Shown here: positions 1 to 18,612 of the stretch, one piece after another
How positions within the stretch are numbered: the first letter of the stretch is position 1
How the letters are laid out: each line of letters opens with the position of its first letter
Assembly (NCBI RefSeq): GCF_009914755.1
Contig: NC_060926.1
From: the human T2T-CHM13v2.0 reference genome, Homo sapiens
DNA: 64,000 nucleotides
Strand: one strand, 5' to 3'
The notes under the pieces: model-generated
Told to the model about the DNA's origin: nothing
Seen by the model: the letters and a program-made list of their open reading frames with translations, nothing else
Database searches by the model: none
Program-made: the position numbers and the translations under genes

Positions 1-1821
<1,821 letters not shown>

Positions 1822-2574
1822 AAGAAGACATTTATGCAGCCAACAAACATGAGAAAAACTCATCATCACTGGTCATTAGAGAAATGCAAATCAAAACCAC
1901 AATGAAATACCATCTCACACCAGTTAAAATGGCGATCATTAAAAAGTCAGGTAACAACAGATGCTGTAAAGAATGTGGAGAAACAGGAATGCTTTTATAC
2001 TGTTGGTAAGAGTGTAAATTAGTTCAACCATTGTGGAAGACAGTGTGGAGATTCCTCAAGGATCTAGAACCAGAAAAACCATTTGATCCAGCAATCCCAT
2101 TACTGGGTATATACCCAAAGGAATATAAATCATTCTACTATAAAGACACATGCACACGTATGTTTATCGAAGCACTGTTCACAATAACAAAGACTTGAAA
2201 CCAACCCAAATGTTCACCAATGATAGACTGGACAAATAAAATGTGGCACATATACACCATGGAATACTGTGCAGCCACAAAAATGGATGAGTTCATGCCC
2301 TTTGCAGGAATGTGGATGAAGCTGGAAACCATCATTTTCAGCAAACTAACACAGGAACAGAAAACCAAACACCACATGTTCTCACTCATAAGTGGGAGTT
2401 GAACAATGAGAACACATGGACACTGGACGGGGAACATCATGCACTGGGGCCTAGCTGGAGGTTGGGGGCTAGGGGAGGGATACCACCATGGGACATATAT
2501 ACCTATGTAACAATCCTGCACGTTCTGCACATATATCCCAGAACTTAAACTATAATTATAAGTAACAAAAAAAT
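1822..2574 (+). mobile_element. Older L1PA7/8-like 3' fragment (probable host of the preceding L1)
   Basis: Starts GAAGACATTTATGCAGCC directly after the younger tail; AAACTAACACAGGAACAG and TATCCCAGAACTTAAA 3' motifs; ~65-bp 3'UTR deletion near 2482. Confidence 0.88.
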
Positions 2575-2584
2575 CAGAATTGCA

Positions 2585-2966
<382 letters not shown>

Positions 2967-3589
2967 CTAACAGAAGCCCTCACGTTTGGGCAGGTGTGCA
3001 TGGTCCACAGCAAGGAACTAACAGGACGAACGGGGTGCACTAGGATCTGGCGGAATGGCGAACAAGACCAAGTGATTGGCAGGGTGAGCGGGAGCAATGA
3101 GAAGCAAATCAGAGCAGCACAGGGTAGTGGTAAGGTTACCTGAGTTTGTGGAGGGCTGAGATATTGTGCCAGGGACAGGTATACAGTTTTCTGCTTTCTT
3201 CACATCCTCAGGCTTCTAAAGCTCAGACACTGCCTTTCTTCCATCAGCTGCCACATTGATTTGGAAAGTTCAACTCCAGGGGAAGCACACCTTAACACTG
3301 CTTCAGGTTCTAAAGGAAAAAATTACTTTGTCAAAATGAAAACAGAATAGTATAATGATCATGCCACAGTTGAGACTGACACACTTTCTCACAGTAAGCC
3401 AAAGAAGACAGATTTATTTCCAGTGTTGATCAGATTTCTGTTTCTTTAGTTATAGATCAGAACAAGTAGTCAGCTTGCTCCAGGGCAAATGCTCACAATT
3501 TCCCCCACCATATGAATGATTATTTTTATTTCTGGTTCTTTTATTTGAGGTGGGAAATCTAGAGTTGCACTTTCCTGAGCTGTGTATCA

Positions 3590-3943
<354 letters not shown>

Positions 3944-4904
3944 TTAAAATTGAAAAATGAAATCTAACCTTAAGATAGCCCATTATTGGGGCCATTTTCC
4001 TGTCTACCTTTTGATAGCTATTTGTTACATATGCAGCCGTTGATTACAGTAATGTTTGCCAGGCTTAGGACATCATCAAAGGAGTATCTCCTAAGCTGCA
4101 CAGTTCTAAATTGGAACCACATGCAGTTACAGTGAGCAGATCATGAGAAATGTTCAAAGACTGAGAGAAGCTATCTCAGTCAAGAATCAAAATTAACATG
4201 CAATGAGAAAAAAAAAATGAGTTTTCAATGAACAAAGCCAGAAATGAGCAATATAGAAGTGTGTGTCTGTGAGAAACAAGATTTGAGTGAAATGGATCTA
4301 AATTCAGGCCAAGCGAGGGAAGGTGATCTAAGTAGCCAAAAGATTGCCACGGTTGATGCCAATGGGGCCAACCAGGTTGCGCTCAAAAGGTTGCGCTTAT
4401 TCCTGGGGCTGGAGGTTGCCATGGATGGTTTAACATGTGTTGTCAAGGGATGTATGGCACCCACCGTGGCTGGAGTGAAGGAAAGTCAGGTGCAGTGTGA
4501 AGAGCCAGAGAATCCAAGTGGGAATGTGTTGCTGCCCCAGAGTATGTCTTGGGCACAAGTGCAAGCCAGGAAGCCAGCAGTGACGGTCAAGGCAGAGGGC
4601 TGGAAGGTTGTGCTGCTCAGCACCAGGTCTGTCTTCATCTTCACAGCACTGGTGCTGGATGGGGATCCTGTGCATGAGAATGGAAAGCCTGAAGATGCAC
4701 CGTTCTTCTTGAGAGGAGCCTGATCGTGGAGAGGTTCACCGTCGCAAGAGAAACTGGCTTTGGAGGACAATGTGACTCTCCAGAAGTGTGTGAGCCTGTG
4801 TGTGTGCACATGCGTGTGTTACAAGCCAAGTTAAAAACTCTGAGGCTGCACAAACCTGGTGTCCATGGACTGATTTTAGAACTTTCAGAAAAATAATAAA
4901 CACT

Positions 4905-5015
4905 CTAAGTTATGGATACCTCAAGTATCTTGATGTGATCATTGCACATTCTATGCATGTAACAAAATATGAAATGGACCCCACAAATTTGTAAAATATG
5001 TTTCAATTAAAATTA
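4905..5015 (+). mobile_element. L1MA-like 3' end fragment
   Basis: TTGATGTGATCATTGCACATTCTATGCATGTAACAAAATAT...TCAATTAAAA resembles the L1MA terminus. Confidence 0.65.
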
Positions 5016-5030
5016 AGCATATACAAATAG

Positions 5031-5073
5031 ACACACACATTCACACACATAGAAACACACACACACACACACA
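5031..5073. repeat. Interrupted (CA)n microsatellite
   Basis: Direct reading. Confidence 0.85.
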
Positions 5074-5478
5074 AAGGAGATTTGAGAGACATACCAGAAG
5101 TGCCAGGCAAGGTATATTAGTGACTTCCTACAACTCATATTTTCTCCAATTGCTTAGAAAACAAAAAATGTAGACCCAATCGCGCTTTATTTTTTAAAGA
5201 AACATTAAAATAAAAATGACATTTTAAACCAAACAAATAGAACATAATCTCAGCATAAAGGAAAGAACACTTAGATACTCAGTTTACCTATATTTAGCTT
5301 CAAGAGCTTAGAAAAATCTTTACTGGAATATAGATATTGATATAGATATAGATATGTGATATATTTGTATTTATCTATTAAATATAGAGGTTTATATTTA
5401 ATTTTGTGAGAACTTTTTCAAGTCCCGCTTTTTCCTAATTTAAATGACTCGGTTGTAACTGAAGGGCATTCATCTAAA

Positions 5479-5780
<302 letters not shown>

Positions 5781-6464
5781 TCATTCATCTAATCTTATGG
5801 AACATTTTCCTCTGGCATCTGAGTGTCTCCTGGAGGACACGGGCAGGGATGCACCAGATTCATAACAAAGAACCAGAACTCATAAACTTGCAGGATCCAC
5901 CCCTAACTCTCCTCCCTGTCTCTCTCTGGAAATGCTCAATGCTTCTCTCTTTCTGCACACCAGCCTTCCCTGCTGGCCACACTCAGGATAGAAGAGTCTG
6001 GACCATCTTCGTGTGGATTCCAAATTCCCAGGGAAGGGGCTCTGACTGCCTCAAATCCTGTGAGGTTTCACACCTGGCTGGCTCTGATAGATAGTAGTGG
6101 AAAGAAGGCTACTGGGCATGCCCCATGGCCCTATAACATTTGCTAGGTGGCCTGGGGTGACTCGGTAGATAGGAGAGCTTCTCTCCAGAAGGAAAGCCAT
6201 GAACTGGACCTACACTGCCCTAAGTACTGGGGGCAATGGACATAGAGAATTTTAGAGCAGATGGAGGTGTCATGGAGACTGGCCTTCTTATCCACTCTCT
6301 TTCTTCCTGCCCCAACAGTCTTGCTCCTCATCCTGAAAGGAAGAGGGTTTAAGGATAATACGGTGTTTTTATGCAAAAAAATGAAAATGTCTATATGAGA
6401 AATAAACATAAGACAGCACTCTTGGTAAAGTCATTGTGATGGTGGACTAAAGGTACGTGGGCAT

Positions 6465-7576
6465 GTAAGACTGTGAGTGTGGCTGCGTGTGTGCCTGTGG
6501 GTGCATCTGTGTGTGTCTGTATGTGCACCTCGATGGAGGCTCTGTGCATGTGTGTAAGGCAGTGTGTGGCTCCATGTATTTGTGTCTGTGTATGTATCTA
6601 TCTGTGTCTGTATGTGTGGATATGTGTGTGTGTGTGTGTATCTGTGTCTGTCTGTATCTGTGTGGCTGTGTGTCTTTATGTATACATCTGAATATGTCTG
6701 TGAGTGCATCTGTGTCTGTGTGTGGCTATACGTGTCTTTGTATCTGTGTATTTGTGTGTGTCTCGGTGTTTCTGTGTGTCTCTTTGTATGTCCTTGTGTT
6801 TCTGTGTGTATGTACTGTGTGTCTATGTGTGTATCTCTGTGTGGATGTCTCTGTGTGTGTGTATATGTGTATGCCCATATGTGTCTGTGTATGTATGTGG
6901 CTGTGTGTGTGTCTATGTGTGTAAATGTGTGTATGTGGCTGTGTGTCTATGTGTGTGTGTGTGAGTGTGTGTGTGTGGCTGTGTCTATGCGTGTGTGTTT
7001 ATGTGGCTGTGTGTATCTATATGTGTGAGTGTGTGTATATGGCTGTTGTATGCGTCTATATGTGTGTGTGTTGGCTGTGTTGTGTGTGTCTCTGCATTTG
7101 TCTATGTGTGTGTCTGTGTCTCTGTGTGTATATGACTGTGTGTATCTCTCTGTGTCAGCATGTGTCTCTGCATGTGTCTTTGGGTGTGTCGGCATGTGTC
7201 TCTGTGTGTGTCTGTGTCTATATGACTGTGTATTTCTGCCTGTGTCTCTGAGTGTGTCTATGTGTGTATATGGCTGTGTGTATTTCTCTGTGTCAGCATG
7301 TGTCTCTGCATGTGTCTTTGGGTGTGTCGGTATGTGTCTCTGTGTGTGTCTGTGTCTATATGACTGTATTTCTGCCTGTGTCTCTGCGTGTGTCTATGTG
7401 TGTATATGGCTGTGTGAGTCTCTCTGCGTGTCTCTGCATGTATGTGTGTCTCTGCATGTGTGTCTGCATGTGTCTCTGTATGTGTCTGTCTACGTGTGTA
7501 TATGGCTGTGTTTGTCTCTGCCTGTGTTTCTACATGTGACTCTGCGTGTATCTGTGTCTGTCTATGTGTGTGCGTG
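6465..7576. repeat. Degenerate (TG)/(TGTGTC)/(TATG) low-complexity tract with an internal ~138-bp tandem duplication
   Basis: About 1.1 kb of TG-rich repeats; TGTGTCAGCATGTGTCTCTGCATG recurs at 7151 and 7289. Confidence 0.95.
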
Positions 7577-10243
7577 AGGCCGTGTTGTGGGAGGCAGTAG
7601 CGAGCTATGCTGGTCCTTAGTGGAGTGAGCTCCATGCAGTAGCAGCAGCACAGTCTCCAGCCATGCTTCTCGACAGGGAGGAGCTGCAGAAGGTGGCATC
7701 AGCCGCACTGACAGAGGTGAAATCCTTCACAAGCCTTCATGGGTGACATCAATGAAAGAGACTGTTTAACAGGAGAGAAAGAAGAGTGTTGGGTGTTGTA
7801 TAGCAGCTTAAGAGACACATTCAGGAAAACTTGGAATTTACTCTTAGAGACTCTGAAATAAACCAGGGGCCTTGGGAGAGTCGGGGAGGTGGAGGACCTG
7901 GACATTTTGCACCAAGTGAGCTGCAGAGCCTGGCCCAGGTGGCTTCAGATGAAGCTCAGTGCGCTCTTTCCCTTCTCTCTCTGTTCAACATGGGGCTGGG
8001 CAGCTGTGCATCTTCCGGCTGTTCTTTCCTTAATGAGCAACCATGCTTGAAGTTTCTCGCCTTTTGTTCCTGCTCAACTGTTCTTGTTACTTGCTTCTCT
8101 TTTGAAGCCTAAAAGAGGCAGATTTTTGTTTTCTTCTCAGCGACAAAGATGAAACACATCCCAGCCCAGAGCAGGTGGTGCACGGCAACATGGAGGTCTT
8201 GGAGCCCGGACACAGAGCTGCGGACTGGCAGTCAGCATCTGCGGCTCTGAGATCCTCTCCCTTACCTTGATGACACAGTGGTCAGCTGGAAGATTTTAGT
8301 CCAGCTGCCCTTCCCCTCTTTGTCATTTAGGAGAAGTTATTTATTCCTCTGATCCTGAAATTATCCATCTGTAGAGAAACAGTGCTTCGGTTTTCAATAT
8401 CCTCTCCAAGAAGCATATCTCAAGATCAGGGAATGCTACAGAGGTAGAAGAAATAGTGTCATTGTGCTGAGTCACCCAGCAGTTAAATTTGTTCAGAGAA
8501 TCTGATGTCCCAAAGCCTCCACAAATGTTAACTCACTTACCAGGTTTTCACAGAAACAAGAATCCTAAACCAAAGTTCACTCTTTTTAAAGAAGCCTGAT
8601 AGAAGCAAAGCTAGATAAGAGAAAGAGGGGAGGAGCCAAGAAGAGAAGTCCCGGTCCAACAGCTCACCATGGCTGTACTTTTGCTGATGGGACAGAAGAT
8701 GTTGGGAACACACAACATGGAAGAGGGGGCTATCAGGTGCCTATTTGATTCAAGGAGAAGGAAGAAAACTTAGACTAAGAGTTTAGCAGCTTAAAAACTT
8801 AAAGAGCTAGGAGGAAGAATTTTTTGAAAGACAGCCTTTAGTCAGAAAAATAGGAAACGACTATAATTGCTTGAAGCTTTTCATCCTAACAAGCAAAGTT
8901 TCCAGAACTTCTCTTGAAGGTTAAAAATACTAGGGTCTTCAGTGAAGAATATACATTTAATTTGATTTTTACCATCACAAGACGACTAGCAACATGAGTG
9001 AGAAGGTCATGTGCTCTTTGTATATATGTTTTTATTCTTTAGTTGATGACTCACAAATGTGAGTGGCTGGATATACCCACAGCTAACTTCAAAGGTGCAT
9101 CTTGGATAAAGGGTTTATCTAACTAAAAATATACAGGCCCTTTTATATTCTTCTTTTATTTTCAACTTTATAGAGAGACAAGGTCAGTTCTTCTGCCACT
9201 GACCATAAATCAGTAGCAACTGAGAATAACCCCTTTTTCCAAGTTCCATAGCTACCTGTGCACACACTCAATTATAAAATATTGCAGAAATGTGAAATTA
9301 AATATCAGTGATGAAGCATATTTAATAAGCACTTTGATAAAAAGAAATAGATCTACAGAGATTTGATGCTTAACTATAAATATAAGAATGGAAATAAGAT
9401 TCAGTGGCATTCGTGGGACACATACTTTGTGCCAACTTGTAGTGCTTTTCATGTCACCATATTTATTCCCCTCTACAGAATTGAATAGCTACGTAGCTAA
9501 TTGTTTCCCTTTCCTAGATAAAAGAATGTTAAGAATTTAGCCGAGGTAACACTACCAGAAAGTCATCTGGTGGAGCCACATCTCACACTTGGGGCTGTCT
9601 GACTGCATGTTACACATAGGTTTCCTCCCTGTATGGCAGGGCCCAAGCACACAGCAACTCCTGTGCCAGGTGCCTCCAGCGTAGAACCAGCTCTCAGACC
9701 TAATGAGGCCTCACTTTGAATCTCCTGACTTGCCACTGTGAGTCCAGATGTTTGGCATCAGCAATTACTATCTGTAAATTTCTTCTGACCCTAGAAATAC
9801 CCTAGCTGAGGGACTATCTTCTGATTACAAATGAGCAGAAAATTTAGTAAGAGAATAGCTGTATGTTTTTTCAATGCTTCAGTTTTGTACAACTATTCAT
9901 CATTCTGGTCCTTTCTTCATGCAACAGTACACTAAAGTTCACAGAAAATAGGGAGGTATGCCCTTTTGCAAAATAGTAGCATATATCAGTTTACTTTGAC
10001 AGCGTAAACTGAAGCACAACTTACGATGAATATGAATGAAAGCAAACACCTTATAGAGACGCTCTTTGCAGGCTGTAAAGCACAGATCAAGTTAAAATGA
10101 GAGTTGCCATCTTCAATCTTGAAGCAGTGTGCCGGGCATGGGTGAACAATAGAAGGTGATGTTTGAAAAAAACATCAAGGAGAAATACATGGCTGGGTCA
10201 AAGCACAGAGCTCCCAGGGATCAACAGTTATGTTTTTAAATTG

Positions 10244-10480
10244 ATTCATTCATTCATTCATTCATTCATTCATTTTTTTTCAAATGTCTATTGTCAGATA
10301 TTGTGCTTGTGTTGAAGATAGAAAAATACATTAGAAATTTTGACTTAAAAACCTCATTGTATGGCAAAAGTGACAGATAAGTATACACACAACAGGAATG
10401 AAGCCTCAGAAACATTACAGAGGTAAATCCAAGTACCAGGGCATCTAAATTAAGGGGTGACAATATTGAAGGAGACTTAT
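10244..10480 (-). mobile_element. L2 3' end relic with (CATT)n tail
   Basis: (ATTC)n run followed by CAAATGTCTATTG..ATTGTGCT, typical of an antisense L2 end. Confidence 0.6.
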
Positions 10481-11325
10481 TCTCCATACTCATGCATTAC
10501 TCACTGTGACCTCTCTGTGGAAATCAAACCATCACATATAAAACTCTAAAATTATTTTAAAAATTCTGAGCATTATTGAAATATTAATGTGGTGCACTTT
10601 TTCCTGCTGGGTTGAACAAGAAAGATGGCAAATGATGAGAAAATCACTTATGTTCCCTGACTGCCAGGGGTTTTTATGTGTACTGAGTATTTTATTCCAT
10701 GTGCCACATTATCTGCACATTTTTTTCTCATAACTATTAGGAACTATTGAGCATGCTGTGATAATATTCATAGTGGATTTCAGAGGGGATTGGAGAATTG
10801 AGATGCTCAAGAAACACGCCACTACCATAAGCCCATGGCACATGGCACCTTTGTCCTGGAAGGAAAAGAGGACAGGGCTAGCAAGCGTTGCTGTGGGAAC
10901 ACAAGCTGGTAAGCAAGCCTCCCTGTCTTAAAATCCTGGTGCTGCCACTTCCTACATATGTGGCATAAGCAATTCACTCAGTTACCCCATAGTAAATAAT
11001 ATTAATAATATCTATATACCAGTATATATGTATAAGTCAATGGAGGTACAGCCATTAGAATACTGCCTCCCACACAATAAGCAATTTATTTATTTATTTT
11101 TTTTAATGTTTTCTTTTTTTATTATACTCTAAGTTTTAGGGTACATGTGCACATTGTGCAGGTTAGTTACATATGTATACATGTGCCATGCTGGTGCGCT
11201 GCACCCACTAACGTGTCATCTAGCATTAGATATATCTCCCAATGCTATCCCTCCCCCCTCCCCCGACCCCACCACAGTCCCCAGAGTGTGATATTCCCCT
11301 TCCTGTGTCCATGTGATCTCATTGT

Positions 11326-15167
<3,842 letters not shown>

Positions 15168-15201
15168 TCATTAGTTGATGCAGTTTCTTCCTAGTCTCGA
15201 T

Positions 15202-16218
15202 GGTCTTTACATTTTGGCATGATTTTGCAGCGGCTGGTACCGGTTGTTCCTTTCCATGTTTAGCGCTTCCTTCAGGAGCTCTTTTAGGGCAGGCCTGGTG
15301 GTGACAAAATCTCTCAGCATTTGCTTGTCTATAAAGTATTTTATTTCTCCTTCACTTATGAAGCTTAGTTTGGCTGGATATGAAATTCTGGGTTGAAAAT
15401 TCTTTAAGAATGTTGAATATTGGCCCCCACTCTCTTCTGGCTTGTAGGGTTTCTGCCGAGAGATCCGCTGTTAGTCTGATGGGCTTTCCTTTGAGGGTAA
15501 CCCGACCTTTCTCTCTGGCTGCCCTTAACATTTTTTCCTTCATTTCAACTTTGGTGAATCTGACAATTATGTGTCTTGGAGTTGCTCTTCTCGAGGAGTA
15601 TCTTTGTGGCGTTCTCTGTATTTCCTGAATCTGAACGTTGGCCTGCCTTGCTAGATTGGGGAAGTTCTCCTGGATAATATCCTGCAGAGTGTTTTCCAAC
15701 TTGGTTCCATTCTCCACATCACTTTCAGGTACACCAATCAGACGTAGATTTGGTCTTTTCACATAGTCCCATATTTCTTGGAGGCTTTGCTCATTTCTTT
15801 TTATTCTTTTTTCTCTAAACTTCCCTTCTCGCTTCATTTCATTCATTTCATCTTCCATTGCTGATACCCTTTCTTCCAGTTGATCGCATCGGCTCCTGAG
15901 GCTTCTGCATTCTTCACGTAGTTCTCGAGCCTTGGTTTTCAGCTCCATCAGCTCCTTTAAGCACTTCTCTGTATTGGTTATTCTAGTTATACATTCTTCT
16001 AAATTTTTTTCAAAGTTTTCAACTTCTTTGCCTTTGGTTTGAATGTCCTCCCGTAGCTCAGAGTAATTTGATCGTCTGAAGACTTCTTCTCTCAGCTCGT
16101 CAAAATCATTCTCCATCCAGCTTTGTTCTGTTGCTGGTGAGGAACTGCGTTCCTTTGGAGGAGGAGAGGCGCTCTGCGTTTTAGAGTTTCCAGTTTTTCT
16201 GTTCTGTTTTTTCCCCAT
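15202..16218 (-). pseudogene. ORF1: LINE-1 ORF1p, frameshifted near aa 272
   Basis: MGKKQNRKTGNSK start with coiled coil and RRM; diverges after NILKE and loses YPAKLS; 5-bp AAAGA deletion at ~15403 relative to 30496-30505. Confidence 0.96.
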
Positions 16219-17125
16219 CTTTGTGGTTTTATCTACTTTTGGTCTTTGATGATGGTGATGTACAGATGGGTTTTCGGTGTAGATGTCCTTTCTGATTGTT
16301 AGTTTTCCTTCTAACAGACAGGACCCTCAGCTGCAGGTCCGTTGGAATACCCTGCCGTGTGAGGTGTCAGTGTGCCCCTGCTGGGGGGGTGCCTCCCAGT
16401 TAGGGTGCTCGGGGGTCAGGGGTCAGGGACCCACTTGAGGAGGCAGTCTGCCCGTTCTCAGATCTCCAGCTGTGTGCTGGGAGAACCACTGCTCTCTTCA
16501 AAGCTGTCAGACAGGGACACTTAAGTCTGCAGAGGTTACTGCTGTCTTTTTGTTTGTCTGTGCCCTGCCCCCAGAGGTGTAGCCTACAGAGGCAGGCAGG
16601 CCTCCTTGAGCTGTGGTGGGCTCCACCCAGTTCGAGCTTCCCGGCTGCTTTGTTTACCTAAGCAAGCCTGGGCAATGGCGGGCGCCCCTCCCACAGCCTC
16701 GTTGCCGCCTTGCAGTTTGATCTCAGACTGCTGTGCTAGCAATCAGCGAGATTCCGTGGGCGTAGGACCCTCTCAGCCAGGTGTGGGATATCGTCTCGTG
16801 GTGCGCCGTTTCTTAAGCCGGTCTGAAAAGCGCAATATTCGGGTGGGAGTGACCCGATTTTCCAGGTGCGTCCGTCACCCCTTTCTTTGACTCGGAAAGG
16901 GAACTCCCTGACCCCTTGAGCTTCCCAGGTGAGGCAATGCCTCGCCCTGCTTCGGCTCACGCACGGTGCGCACACACACTGGCCTGCGCCCACTGTCTGG
17001 CACTCCCTAGTGAGATGAACCCGGTACCTCAGATGGAAATGCAGAAATCACCCGTCTTCTGCGTCGCTCACGCTGGGAGCTGTAGACCAGAGCTGTTCCT
17101 ATTCGGCCATCTTGGCTCCTCCCTC
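16219..17125 (-). promoter_or_regulatory. L1HS 5'UTR: internal sense promoter with YY1 site (17106-17114) and antisense promoter firing toward higher coordinates
   Basis: CpG-rich ~905-bp UTR; CAAGATGGC intact; established L1 architecture. Confidence 0.85.
16675..16890 (+). CDS. ORF0: LINE-1 antisense ORF0, 71 aa, open
   Basis: GCAATGG start context; MAGAPPTASLPPCSLISDCC...RCVRHPFL matches the known ORF0p; donor sites CAG|GT at 16781 and 16866. Expression is not shown by the sequence. Confidence 0.85.
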   Translation: MAGAPPTASLPPCSLISDCCASNQRDSVGVGPSQPGVGYRLVVRRFLSRSEKRNIRVGVTRFSRCVRHPFL

Positions 17126-17404
17126 ATTCCACAATAAGCAATTTATAACACTTTGCTGTTGCTACTGCAACTACTACCATTATTATTATCATTATTAACA
17201 GAGAATGAAATAAGGAAGTAAATGAATGTCTTATGGCTTTCATATTATGTTTATAGTTTCTATTTTCTAAATGCAAGATAATATGTATATATTCTGAATA
17301 TATATACTTCATATATATTTACATGTATTTTAACATAAAAAATATAATATAAATTTATTTATATATATTTAGAATATATTTATCTTGCATTTAGGGGAAG
17401 AACA

Positions 17405-17419
17405 CCTATATATGTATGT

Positions 17420-17452
<33 letters not shown>
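17405..17452. repeat. (TA)n(GA)n compound microsatellite
   Basis: Direct reading. Confidence 0.85.
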
Positions 17453-17460
<8 letters not shown>

Positions 17461-17831
17461 TTAAGGCAGGTTCTCTTACTGCTTCTTGATGAAACTCTTC
17501 TCTCTTCTACTCATACCCAAGAGATTCTTTCTCTTTTGGCTATTGAGACATATATCTTTATTTTCAAGGGGAAATTGCTGGGAAAAATGGCCCAAGAAGG
17601 AAAGCAAAGGGCATGTTATCCTCTAACAGGAGATGAGATGTGGTTGGGTGAAAGCACTATGGATTGTTGGAAAACGGCTTCAGCTTTGAGGATGCTCGAA
17701 TGTACATTCTTCCACCTATCAATGCATCACCCTTGAAGAGCTCCCCTCCCACCTACCCTGTAGTTGCCTTTTGACCGAGGTTGGGGAAATAGCACCACTT
17801 GAGCTTTTCTCTTGAGCTATGGTATGGGTGG

Positions 17832-18232
17832 TGATAAATTAAACTAAATTTGGCCAAAAAATGCCCATGCACTTTGAGTTCCTACTTAAAAAACTGCAAC
17901 CTAGCCTCCTACCTAAACTAACAGAAAGCCTAAGTTTGCAGTATATTCCTGTAAGAAGTAGCTGAGTCTCAGCCAATCACACAACAAACTTCAGCCCATC
18001 ACAGGCTGCCAACTGATCACATCATGTCCAAATAGGGCAACTGCAGAAGCATAACCAATCAAGCTGTTTCTGTGCCTCACTTCAGTTTCCTGTCCATAAA
18101 CACTGCCTGCTCACTCTGCAGAGAGCAGCTCTCTGATTGTTTTCCAGTTCTGAGAGCTGCCTGATTTGCAAATCGTTCCCTGCTCAATTAAATCCCGTTA
18201 AATTTAATTTGTTTAACGTTTTTCTCTGACCA
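17832..18232 (+). mobile_element. ERV1 solo LTR, MER57/MER51-like
   Basis: TG...CA ends, 4-bp TSD GTGG (17828-31 and 18233-36), CCAAT boxes, CATAAA, ATTAAA. Confidence 0.85.
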
Positions 18233-18316
18233 GTGGACATACCACTAAATTACAGTCCTCAGCATCTGGCATACTTTCTGGCATGTAGGAGTTGCTCAGA
18301 AATGTAGCGTAGCAGA

Positions 18317-18612
18317 GGCCGGGTGCCATGGCTCACGCCTGTAATCCCAGCACTTTGGGAGGCCTAGGCAGGCGAATCACTTGAGATCAGGAGTTCGAGA
18401 CCAGCCTGATCATCATGGTGACATCCTGTCTCTACTAAAAATACAAAAATTAGCCAGGTGTGGTGTTGCATGCTTGTAATCTCAGCTACTTGGGAGGTTG
18501 AGACAGGAAAATTGCTTGAACCTGGAAGGCGGAGTTTGCAGTGAGCCAAGATCACACCCCTGGGCAACAGTGTGAGACTCTGTCTCAAAAAAAATAAATA
18601 AATAAAATAAAA
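18317..18612 (+). mobile_element. AluS with a short right-arm deletion
   Basis: Alu dimer; TSD AGAAATGTAG(C/T)GT(A/G)GC; ACTGCACTCCAG missing near 18558. Confidence 0.94.

Noticed and set aside
6431-7635. Many overlapping Cys/Val- or His/Thr-rich ORFs of up to 182 aa
   Set aside because: Translation artefacts of the TG low-complexity tract
9986-10012. Perfect 9-bp hairpin TCAGTTTAC-N9-GTAAACTGA
   Set aside because: A few such stems are expected by chance in 64 kb; no other support
11205-11222. Assignment of the full-length L1 to Ta or L1PA2
   Set aside because: The diagnostic trinucleotide is ACG, not ACA (Ta) or GAG (L1PA2)
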